The notes under the pieces are model-generated. The model saw nothing but the letters and a program-made list of their open reading frames with translations, ran no database searches and had not been told where the DNA came from. From Trichoplax adhaerens (Eukaryota > Animalia > Placozoa), in NCBI RefSeq assembly GCF_000150275.1, contig NW_002060943.1, positions 8,378,066 through 8,442,065 of the forward strand: a stretch of DNA of 64,000 bases, read 5' to 3'. Made by a program: the position numbers and the translations under genes. Below are positions 1 through 12,746 of this stretch, piece after piece (position 1 is the stretch's first letter; each line of letters starts with the position of its first letter).

Positions 1-1117
1 CGATGAAAAGGTGGGACAGAAATGAAGCTGTTATAAGTTTTACATAATCTATGATTCATCATATAAACATTCAGCTACACGGGCAAAATTACATGTTTCA
101 GCACTGAGAGTATTAAGCGGTAAATTTAGATGTTGCTGCCGTATAATCATAAAGATTATGAATCATCACGAAAATACTTAGGTCTAGGTATGCATTCAGA
201 ATTGGCAAATTTCGTTTTATTTACTTATATTTCAGTTTACATCCAGCTGGTCGGAATGCATAGAAACGCAGCAGTATTATGGTAGATTGGATCATATCGC
301 AACGCAATACTTGCTCAATCAGAGAATGGAAAATTTCAAATCAGTTAACAGCCAAAAGTAGCCAAATGCTTTGATCTGTTTCAATCTCCATATTGAGATA
401 AAATATTAATTGCACCTGAATCAACGGTTAATTTACTAGCACTGCACATAAATTTTTACTTATCGATACAATTACGTTTACTCATTCCCTGGTAGTTGAA
501 TCCAGCTTTTTAAGTTATTACCGGTAATTGTTATATCATATTACAGAATTTTCGATGATCAAAGTTGTCTATGGAAGGATGCTAAAAGAGAAGGTATTGA
601 ATATAGTAGTTGAAATTGCTCAAGATGAGAGTACTAATTATTGAAATAGATAATCGATATACAGCTCATCTTCTTCCTTATTATTCAGGCACACCTTATG
701 TGTTTATTTGTTATATTAGCTTTTATCTTCGTTATTAAATGTTATTTACAATAGTTTAACGACTGGGCTAGTGGGATTATTGTTGATTTAAGGTATCTTT
801 CTGACTGTTAAGGATACGCATCGAGTTTGAGCAACCATATGGCATCAAATTTATCATTTACATATAGAATTTATTTTAAAATTGCTGATTACCGTTGTAA
901 ATGTTAATAAAAGTAAAAAGTATTGATACTTAATAAGAAGCTAGTTGAAGTTGAAATGGATAGTTCCTGGTCAGATGCATCGGTGTTTACTAATTTGCCT
1001 TAAACGATAGAATAGATAGTTTTAACCGAAAACAGCGTATTTCAGTCATATTATTGCTATCTGGAAAGAAGAGACTACTTATACATGGTAGTTTACAGTA
1101 TAACTGAGTCCTAATTT

Positions 1118-4100
1118 ATGGCTGAATCTAGCAGCAGTAGCCCTACTGAAGTGGAGCTTCAAGATACTAATGCTGTAGAAGAAGCAACTAACACAATAAG
1201 TACGTGACTAGAATAGTTAACTTTTTTCCAACATTAAAATGAATTCATTTCGATTTTTACCTATTAAAGCCATATCTGATGTGATAGTCCTCACTAATTA
1301 GATTATAATTCGATTAATTTGATAAGCTTATTTTAAAATAAGATTATAAAGTAATTTAAGGAAGCCCTGCTCAATTTTTGTATTATTAGCATATGACAAT
1401 GAAAATCAAGCAGCCAATGGTAGCGATGGCCCAATGGATGGGCAGCAGAGACATTCAAAGCCAGGTTGTTATGGTAGTTTCAACTACTGTCATAAATACT
1501 ATTCTTAAATTAGTAAAGTCTCATTAAGTGGTCATGATTGAAATTGTGCTGATATTGTAAAGAAACAATGTTATAATATCCTCTGATTTAGTTTATTTTC
1601 GTCCTCATAACAGATTCATTTCCAGTGTCCACGCTAGCATGATTTTCTATTATTTTTATTATCTCGCAAACACCTATCCTTTTCTTAATATTCGGCAATT
1701 ATCTTCTACAGTCAGGCTAAATAATGATCACTAATATATCTGACATGAGAAAAAATAGCCTTTCAATGCCTACACCAAGGTTGAATATGACGATAGTTAG
1801 GATATTACCAATTTTTTATATGAAATTGATAACTAAACAGAAATTAAAAATTTTTATGTCACTCCACTGGCTATGAAAAATTGCAACCCAATTTGATTAA
1901 TAAAATTAGAACAAATACTACATAGTATCTATTGGAGTGTGAAGTGTACTTGAATCAACAGGTATCATAAGATACTATGGATAATGTCGTTATAACTACT
2001 CTTAATTTTTACCTTTATTTACCATCCGGTATTAAAATAAGCATATCCAACATAAGAAATGTTATAAAGCTAGATATGCATTGCGTCGACAGGACCTAAT
2101 CAAGAAAATGAAATACAGCTTAGCAAAAATTTCTTAAATTGCTTTTCAAATCTTTTGCTTTATTTCTTTTCCTTTAACTTATTAACACTAAGTTTATCTG
2201 CTACTATACGTATACGTATACATACGGTACTTTCCTTCAGTGATAGAATCAAACATTATAAGATTTTATATTGGGTGATTAGTGCAAGGTAACAATATTG
2301 TGTCACATAGAATAGGAAAAACTAATATATAACCGTTATTGGATAACTGATTAAATAAGGATTAAGCTTTCTTGACCGTTGTCATTCTTATAATTGAATT
2401 TCACTGATCACTTTTTCTTATATTCATAAAAATACTTAACAACCGCGGCAAAATGGCATTCAATAGCCACATACAGGCTTGAGAATGGTACATAAATATC
2501 AAGAAACTGTTTGGTTTCATATCAATAGCTCTGAAAATAGCCTTAAAATATAAAAAGAAGCAAAGAGGATCAACCGCTAGACGCCAATATATGGACGATT
2601 TCGCTTAAGCTAAACTTATTACCTAAGTATCACAGTGGAAGCATATCCATATTTATAATAAAGATGTAGCCAACAGTCTTAGTTAAAGGAAAAAATTAAT
2701 TCTCAGTCCTTCATGATTATTAGTAACTGAAATAAAACGAATATAAAAGATAATTATATAATCTTCCTATAATCTTCGTTTTTCACAAAAACATAAAAGC
2801 TATCTTATCGTCATAGTCATGAAGATCACAGCGATGTAACAACGCTGACTTTAATTTTAACTATAATTTAATGTGCTATCAAGATATTTGTGTAAAAAAG
2901 GGTAGTAATTTCGCTCGTCATAACCATCGCCAAAAGCTACAACCATCACATTTTATGGAATAATTTTATTTACTGCCTGGTTTTCTTCTTCCCATGTTAT
3001 TAAGCCTCTTTAATTGAGGTATAAAACTAGTATAAAAGTCGCTATGATAATAATGAAAAGTACATACATGTATTATAAGCATACGAATATTTGCTGCCAT
3101 TTTTATTTATCTTCAAGAATGGTTGCATTTGTTTCATTTCCCAACTTTCCTTTGATTTCGTCTTATTAATCAATTCGGTATTTTGTTTATCGCAATCTAG
3201 CCGTTTCTACGTTCGTGATTGCAATATGTCTGTCCTTTACTTTATTTTTTATCGAACTGATATATTATATATTAAATTATCATTCATTACTTCTTTTTTA
3301 GAGGAAATACAAACTGTCGTTGATTTGAACTGTAATAAAGTCAGATTGATTCCTATACTTTTAGTGGGAATCGGTGGCTCACTATTTGCCGCTACGCGAT
3401 TTGGTAGAGAGGTCTATAAGCATAAAAATTTTACCGCACCAGCATTTGCTACATGGTAAGTATACTGCTATGAGTAATGATGTTCTGCCTATTAATGCAT
3501 TATATTAATGTTGACACCATATCGGCAACGATAGTCTTTATGATTAGTTAAGAAATCATATTGATAACTATGACATTATGGAGCATTATAATATTCCTGC
3601 CCTTTTTTGCAGGTTTATCATGTCATGGTCGGGAATTTTGTTACCGATTGTAATTGGAGTAGCCATGCTAAGTGGCTATAACCTTAGTAAATGTAAAAGG
3701 TACTAATATTATACGTACATAAGCAGATAATTTTTATACCAGTAAAGCTAAATGATACACTATACGTATATTGATGTAAGTTGGTGGTAGTCAATAGAAC
3801 GTGCACTATTGTGATTTGTAATATTGCTCTCTATAATTTAATCATGATGGAATGATGGTAGTAAGTTTAAATCAATTAACCCTTTCTTTTACAGCATCAT
3901 TTCAGAACCATATCGAATATATAATCAATTCTCTGTCGGTTTATACATTATTAAAGTACTCCCATTATGCTTTCTGCTGGATGGAACTGTATTTTTAGCA
4001 AGCTCTGCGATGGTGGCTTTATCTTCTTTCGATGTTACGATTATACTTCTTTCGACGACTCCACTAACGTATTTATTTACTTATACATGTAACAATCAAA

Positions 4101-5076
4101 ATTTTAACATAATAAAAGTAAGTAAGAGATGAAAAGCTACAGATTATATTATAGATTATTATACTTTACTACCGTTAGATCACTTAAAAAATAATGATAC
4201 TATCGAGTATACTTTTCGTTTATTGTGATGTGTTTAATGGTTGTATCATGCTTTTCTATCTACAGATCACGGGTACAATTCTGAGCATAGCTGGGCTAAC
4301 AGTTATGATTATTCAAGGTATTCTTTTTCATCCACCGGGTACTGATATCAGAATGGCGTTAGCAAGTTCCGTTTTTCTCGCTCTATATCAGGTTTACGTA
4401 CAATTTTATAGTGTCTAGCTAAAATAGTAGACAGTTTTAGGGTCAAACGACTTCGTAATATAGCAGCTAGCTCAAGCTGCTTAGTTTATTTGCACATTGC
4501 CTTCGTATTGAGTACAATTTGTAGACAGCAATTCTTAAATTGACTTGTGTGAGTTTTACGAACTTGACTAATACGCTACTCGATAAATTTTTGATTTAGA
4601 TTTCAATAGATAGTATTTTCAAGAGACGGATGCATCCACTTCAACTAGCGTTCATACAGACATCGATTGGTATCTACAGCTTGCTAACATTTTGGATTCC
4701 AATGATTGTATTTTATTACCTTGGCTTAGATCGCTTTGAATTACATCAAATTCCATGGCAATCATTATTACTTGCATCTATATCTATTTTCATCCATTTC
4801 TCTCTTGTACATCTATCGCATGGAATTATAAATCCTCGTATCCTGTTGCTTGGCCGGCTTTTAGCTGTGATGCTAAATGGAATTGTTGATACCATCAATC
4901 AAGAAATTGAATTTGATAGTCTACGAACTAGTGCGACAGTATTACTGGTAGTAAGTCATATTATCTATTTAATACCATTTAATTACAGTAATACAATATC
5001 GAATAACTTGATGGTATATCTTCATTGTCGTCCAAAAAATATGGAATATAATTTTAACATTGACGCAGCCATATGA
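1118..5076 (+). CDS. SLC35F3/F4-like DMT transporter, copy 1 (most divergent), 7 exons
   Basis: Exons 1118-1199, 1390-1464, 3302-3455, 3613-3699, 3895-4117, 4266-4391, 4600-5076 with GT-AG boundaries splice in frame. The product has ATRFGREVYKHKNFTAPAFATW, FDVTII, ALYQ, FWIP, IPW and NGIVD, and the same intron phases as the other copies. The first two exons are less certain. Confidence 0.8.
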
Positions 5077-6352
5077 CTACAGCTACTTGTGTGAACCAAC
5101 CAGTCTATATCCAGCATAATTGATAACACTATCATCGATGGTTATAGTCGCTTATATAAGTCATGTTATACTACCGTTTCACAATACTAGCAATTTCACC
5201 TCTATTTCGCTGTCGGTTGTTTTGAATTATGATTACGCTGTTATCCTTTATTTTTCTGTGAAATATGCTAAAGCGATTGTAAATATAACAAATATTTGCC
5301 CTTATTGTAAGGAATGATAGACTTACAAATTTAGAGTAATTTTATTGCATTTAAAAATACTATTTCTATATTGCTATTATGACGATGATAGGAAATAACC
5401 TTAATATCCAAACTGGTTATTATTATCTTATTTAAAAGCTATCATTCTAAATTAAGAAATATATACCAGTGTAGTCATTGGTATTCGTAACATTAGAGTA
5501 CCATATGTATGGCAATGTATTCATTTATATTAAAATAGTAAATTATTACTATGATCTCTTAGACCAGTTTATGGCACATGTAATGATTGTCTACGATAAT
5601 AGTAGCGAAATTCTATTTTAAAGTCATCTAATAAATAAATTAATTAATAAGAGATTCTTGATATTGTAATTATGTTAGCATTTTCCAGGAGCCATCGATG
5701 GAAATAAAGCATCAAGTTAAGATCCTTAACTTGGATCAATAGGTGCCAATTTATTATTTGAACGTCTGAATCTATAAATGTATAAATTCTATTTTGAGCA
5801 ATAGAACTAGATCAATGTACAAAATCACAAGTCACTAGCGACTTTACAATGTAAATAGTTTTGTATATGTAAATCTGATGCAGAATAATTAGGGTAGAAC
5901 TATTCTACTACAATGATTGAGTGAGATAATCGAAGTATTACACGTGTGATAGACAAAAAAGAATACTTGGAGTAGAAAATTTTAAATGTTATACAAATCT
6001 AGACGCATGTCGGTAAGTTATGCATATTCGTGTGAAGATCTTGAACATATAGCGAGTAATATGCGATATATTTAAGGATTATGCTATATGGATAGAGATT
6101 GAGAAGTATAAATAGTCTAGGAATTTGCCTGAATACAGATTTGCTGTAGTGCCACTGGACATCAGCATAAAAGAAGCTAGCAAGTATTGTCAGCAAATTT
6201 ACCGCAATTGATCACCTTACAGTATCGCATTACCTATAACGCCGTTAACGAAATTTATTTATAGCTACGTCCAATAAATACTACAGAAGTGACATCAAAT
6301 TTTTTTAGATAGCAATTTTGCGTTATATAAAAGGCGTTCAATATACCGTATA

Positions 6353-6775
6353 TGATAATAGCTCATTTCCCGCTTAATTCAGTCGAGTAGTAGCATTAGT
6401 GATAAAGTAAGCATCTTGCAAATTAGTACCAGGTACAGTAAATACTTTTAGATATCAATTCTAAGTTACGATTAGGGTATTAAATAGAAATGTGAGCAGT
6501 GTATGACTCATAACTACTGTAATTAGCTGAAATCAGTACAACGTGATAATAGCTCACTATCCGCTTGATTTAGCTGCATAGAAGCATTAGTGATAAAGCA
6601 ATCATCTAATTGAGCCGAGTAGTAGAGTTAGTGATAAAGCAAGCATCTTGTAAATCAGTACCAGATACAGTAAATACTTTTAGACATTAATTCTACATTA
6701 TATTCAACATATTAAATATTTGTGATATTAGCTCATGGCTTGATTGAGCTATGTAGAAGCTTTAGTGACAAAGCC
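6353..6775. repeat. Diverged local direct repeats (~115-190 bp modules)
   Basis: TGATAATAGCTCA...GCATTAGTGATAAAG recurs at ~6353, 6544 and 6723. GCATCTTG.AAAT.AGTACCAG.TACAGTAAATACTTTTAGA occurs at ~6411 and ~6643. Confidence 0.75.
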
Positions 6776-8925
6776 ATAAATGTACGCGAGTTCAATACTA
6801 TCTAACATTACTACTTCTATTAACTCTCACAGAGATTGAGCTTAACATTAATCTCCGACTGTACGACGTATTACTAAATTCAATGCATTACACTAAGCCT
6901 CTACAAGATGATATATATTTTTTCAGTTCTTTCTCGAAATTTGAATATCACGGCTACTACTTTCATTGCAAAATACTGCAGCATATTATCATATGGCATT
7001 ATTTGCAATATAAATCGCTAGCGAAATCAATGTCACATTGTGCGTCCATGGGTATGATATTATTTTGTCCGAGATTATACAACGCAATACAAACTGCAAT
7101 AAATAAAACAATCACAAAAGAAATAAGGCATTGTAGGTGTAATGGAATTACAGAAGAGACGGGATTATTTTTTGCTGGTTTAGTAAAAGTGGATCGATTT
7201 CACTGAAGACAATCGAGCTGGATTGCTTAACTATAGAATGCTAATAGCTATAGTATGGAAGTCATTTCCATCAATTGACGTCTATTTATTACCCATATGT
7301 CTTCCTGCACAGTTGTATTATAACTTGTATAATGGATTTTGCTTTAGACAATACAGCAGAGCTGGATTGGATACAACAACGTATACATTAATATATTATC
7401 AAACTTTGAATCTAATGAATAATTAATGAATGAATAAAAAATAAACAGTTGTGATCCTATTCTTGGTTTATAAGTACGCGTATATCAGCTCCATAGTCGT
7501 CCTACAACTTTTTCGTTGACTTCTATGATTGTTAATGTCCAATACAGCACATCGATTCGTTAGTATTACACTTTGTAGCTTATGCTCTATAGTGCATTGT
7601 TAAGACGAAGTGATCTGACGATGATTTCCAAGCAAGCGTCCATTTTTCAATTTGGTAATCTTGTTTGATAGTGATATTTCTGTGTAACCAATTCTATTGC
7701 ATTTATCTAATAGTTACCCATTTTTATTAGAAACAGAAATAGTGAACCAGTAATAATATCATACTACTAAAGTGTAATCAAAAGTTCTCTTTAGCGTCAT
7801 AATGGTTCATAATACGTATGACCAGCAGATCATAATCTACACTTTAATCCATTCCAATCATTTTACACCTGTAGAATAACTATGTTTCGTTATGTTGTAG
7901 TACTGTCCATGGATGTTAGTCATTCGTTTTTCGCAAGCAACTAACTTGAAACATAGGCTGCCTTCAGTTAAATAATTGTCTACAGCGATACCTTAGTATT
8001 TGCAAATCTTTGCAGTTTCATTTGCAAACTAGGTTATAATGGTAGGTATTCTATATTACAAAGGACGATTTCTTCTTCAATACCAGATGTTTGATTGGAT
8101 GATAGCTTACAAGCTAATTCACTATTACAACATCTACTAGTTTCAAACGTTCACCCTACAACGATTTATATCAATGGTTATCACGAATGGTTGATTAAGA
8201 TTACACACATTTTCCCAAGTAGGAAAGTTGTTATACTTTAGGATTAATGTCGAAGGTTTACCGCCATACTCCACCATAGGTATGATTTGATTCAATTTGT
8301 TTACAGTACATTCAGTAGTTCGTGCTACAGTACTGTACTGTACGTTACTGTAGCATGACCTGCCGCCTACAGTATAGTCCAGTATGGGGTAGTTCACCGT
8401 CCAGTACGGTACAGTACTTTTGGATGACGACAGTACTGTATACTTTAGATTGTAGCTAAGCCATCTGTGGGAGAGACCTCGCTCGGGCTGTCAAAATGTC
8501 GAATCAGAATTATCTCTCCATTAACCTGTTTCGTAAGTAGAGTAGAGTAATATTTTAGTCTTTACTAGAACAAACCGAGTTACGTCGTTTAGCATTATTT
8601 TTCCATGATATCTATTCAATCGGCTATTTCATTGCTTGTTTGCTCCTCGATGCTGTTGGGGACTGTAAGTAAATAGAGGTTATTTTGATTACCTAGAAAT
8701 GGATAATTGGGATGGGATGGGCTGGACGCATAATCGTCTCCCTTATTTTCAGTCTTCATGCTTGTGTATTCTCAATAAACGTTGCTCATGCTGGTCTCGA
8801 GTAATTTCCTAAAGTTGAATCTATATTTTACAACTTTAGATATCAAATATCGTGTTAATGGATAATAGCTGCAAGTAACAACACTAAGAAGCTACTCGTA
8901 ACTACAAGCGACATCTACCGTTCAT

Positions 8926-11629
8926 ATGGAGAGCACTAAAAGTGAAAATCATAACGCTGAAATCAAGATATCAGGTATGATGTATGATTTACAGAATGTC
9001 CTAACATGTATCATAGACCAATCCTGGCTGAATTAGTTGAACTTACCTTTTGAAAAGCTGCAATATTTCAGTGTCTGGAAATATAGTATTGAGCTGTATA
9101 TCATACCAAAATTCCTACAGTGCACGAATAGTGGGCTTCTTTATCTTGTAAATAGAGAATATGCTGATCTAATCCAACTATCATTTAATCAATTCCTTTT
9201 ACATATACGATATTCTGCCATAGATAGAGTGAAATACTTTTTAGTTATAATTGAAAAATGATGCTAATGAATAATATTAGTGGTGCATACACTTCCCTTA
9301 CGCATATCAAAATAGAGCTAAATGTCTGCGTTAGATGCGGTCCGCAAAATTTTTAAATAGTATAATCTTCATTATTCGAAAATGGATTAATATACTATAT
9401 TAATAAATTCATTATTTATGATGATGCTATAAGTAACCTATCTTTTTACAGAACTACAGGATATCTGCAATCAATCAGTCAATAGTTATCAACTTGCCAT
9501 TGAATCTAGAGGCGGTAAATTGATTTGACATACCTTATAAAATTATAAAGATAGCCTCAAAATTCTTACAGAAGAAATTAAATCTGCAGTAATTGCAATA
9601 AGTAAAGTTAATATACACAGATTAACTTTACAAAATTATATAATTTAAAAATCCTTTATCTTAAATCATTCATTTTGCTTATTATGTTTCCTTTCATTAC
9701 AGATGATAAACTATCATCAGCAAAAGACACAATTAAGAAATCGTTATCTGTGCAAGAAACATTAATTGGTATCATAGTCGTAATATTTTTAGCTTTAACT
9801 TTTAGTCTTATGAGCCAATTTGGAAAAGATTTATTCTCCAACAAAAGTAATTTTACATCTGTGACGTTTTATACTTGGTACGTGATATTTTTACAATCTT
9901 ATATAGCATGATTGCTATCCTAGAGAAATAGTCATACTCCGAATATACATCGCGCTTAGAACCTTCACATACATGAAGAATAATTGAGTGCTACGTAATT
10001 TCTTGCAGTTCATAATAGACTTTTAGCTCTAATTTCTATACATTAGCGTTCATCCATTAAGTATGCATAACTTCGACAAGAGAATTATAAATAGTCATTT
10101 ATGTCCATATCATAATACTAGCTGTTACTGTAAACTAATGTACGATACTATTTCTTCCTTTCCTTTATAATTTATCATACAGGATGATGTTTTCTCTGTA
10201 TGCGTTTTTTTAGTTCTGAGTTTCAATGTCTTGCTTATTATCTATGAATTATTTTCTGTATTACGTAAAACTTTCTCCTTTGACGCTAGATTCTACTTCA
10301 TACGAATCATAGGTTTTCAATTTCCATGTATACCTTGATGCTTCCAATTATCTCATCGTTATTAGTTTTGTTTAATGGTTATACTTTTCGACAGTGCTAC
10401 AGGTATCTTGGATAACTTTCGATCAATCAGGTTGTTAATAATATATCATTTAACATTGCATCTATAACAATGTCTTCGTTAGGGAAGCCATACGACTGTA
10501 TTCCAATCACGGATTTGTAAAAACGACTTTATTTCGAATCCTTCCGTTAGCGATATTGCTAAATGCCGCTATTGTATCGAATTTTTACGCCCTAGTATTT
10601 ATTTTACCTTCCGATTTTACAGCAATATTTTCTTCGGTATCTGTGTTTGTTTATATATTATCTATTTTGATATTGAAGGAACCTTTCGTCGCGATTCGGG
10701 TAATAATTTTGATAGATAGATACATACGTATTAACAAGGATATTATCATTATTAGCATTATACTTGTCATATTTTAATATACTGTAAGCGTATTAATAAG
10801 GTTGTTTCGCTAATTCTGATGGAATAGTAAAGATTAAATGCGGCTCCATTCCTGCTTCTGGTAATAGCTACGGTATAACATTACGATACACTTTTGACTT
10901 TTAGGCTGTAGCCGTATGCCTATCTATAACCGGTGTTATATTATTTGTGTATGCTGATGGCTTTGGAAATTTTGCTATAACTGGCTTCGGGCTAGCTCTC
11001 ATTAGCGCCATATCAAGTGCTGTTTATCGTGTAAGTACGATATTATTATATTATTGAATATTATAATTAAGTGCAATATCGTAATTCCGGAATTATCCTG
11101 TGTACATAAAGTAATATTTGCGTATCTTATACGAGTAATATAATGCTAGAGTAATTTGTTGTGTTTTTAATTTGCTATATAGATTTTAGCGAAATTAACT
11201 ATAGGCGAAAGGACTGTAATTCAAGTATCGCTACTAACTGCTACCATTGGTGGACTAACGTTTTGCCTAACTTGGATACCGGTTGTTATATTAAATATTA
11301 TTGGCGTTGATGTTAATTTATGGTCGAATATTACATGGGGACCTCTATTAAGTACTGTTGCATTTAATGTGCTATATGATTTTCTACTTGTACTTGGAAT
11401 TGCTGTAACATTTCCGGTATTTATTTCCCTTGGCGCACTATTTGGAATACCTACAAATTCGATAATAGATGCAGTTATACGAAATCAAAGTTTTACTATA
11501 GCTAAAATTTTTGGTACAATTTTACTAATTATAGGATTTGCTATTCTCATAATACCAACAGAAAAGGCCCTGATTATTTCGACAAATATTATTAATATTT
11601 GTACATGTAAATCTACGAAGTGTAAATAA
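8926..11629 (+). CDS. SLC35F3/F4-like DMT transporter, copy 2, 7 exons
   Basis: Exons 8926-8974, 9452-9514, 9703-9877, 10313-10402, 10483-10699, 10905-11030, 11183-11629. Motifs SQFGKDLF..NFTSVTFYTW, PSDFTAIFS..FVYILS..LKEPF..IR, YADGFG, SAVYR and FPVFISLGALFGIPTNSIID match recalled SLC35F3/F4 motifs (TDVSVLF, TYADGF, YPTLMSLG..IPVNAVID). Confidence 0.88.
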
Positions 11630-12746
11630 GATATAATGAATAAAATATGAGATAGATATAAAACTATGCTAGTGGAAGTTTATAATGATGTTCGAAAGTT
11701 ACAGAATCACTAACAAAATTTACACATATTAGATAAGCTTTTATGACTTTTTATTTCCGTATATTGCAGAGTTATGATAGTACTATACGTATAGTACGTT
11801 GTTTTAGCAAATTGAAAGAAACTTCGAGTTAAAGTTAAAGGAAAAGTAAAATCCACCAGTTCTGCAACACAGAGTTGTCTTGGGAATAGATATGCGCATG
11901 AAGTAGTGTATACAAATTTCAGCATCTGTCCTAATAAAGGCACTAAATTCCCAGCGTATCAGAATTAGAGCTATACTAGTTATATGTGCAATTGTGCATA
12001 CTCTTCTATTAGATATTATATCGTGTACTGTTTGAACGTATTCACAACTATTCTTCGTAGAACAAACTTTAAGTAATCGAGCAACAAATCCGCACTTCTT
12101 TATTTTAATTAAATATACGATATAATGATGCATATTGTAGTAAAGCTGCAAAAGTCTTAGTATTGTTTGTCTTCTTCCTTGACTGTAATGATTAATGATT
12201 ATACGAGTATACGAGCAAATGCATAATTGGGCAGTACCATCTTAGTATCAAATTGTTCTGTTGAAGGGTATAGAGATCTAGTATGCACATTTTCGAGATC
12301 TTTTTCTTTATTTTGTGGGTTAAAAATATATGATTATGTTATTATTTATGAATGGTTGAGGTATCCTATTAAAAGCTAAGTTACTAGTTTTATAGTCTGC
12401 GAGTAAATAATTAGGTTATTCATTACCTGATCATCAATTAATTTTAGTATTTTATTACTGTAACAGATAATTTTAGAATTTTTTATTTTACAACCCTCAC
12501 TTATGTAAAAAAGACCATTTTCATCTTTGTTTAATTTCGTCGACTTATTGATAATTACTTAACGGATTATATACGATCATTTAGTGTATTAAAAGACATA
12601 ATCAGACCATTACAGTCCAATAATTCATTACCTAGTCATCAATCTATTTTAACCTTTCATAGTCATAATTTGCTTCAGAATTCTTTTAAATTACTACTAA
12701 TCCTAGCAGCTTAACATAATACTTATACAAATAATTATAATCAGTT

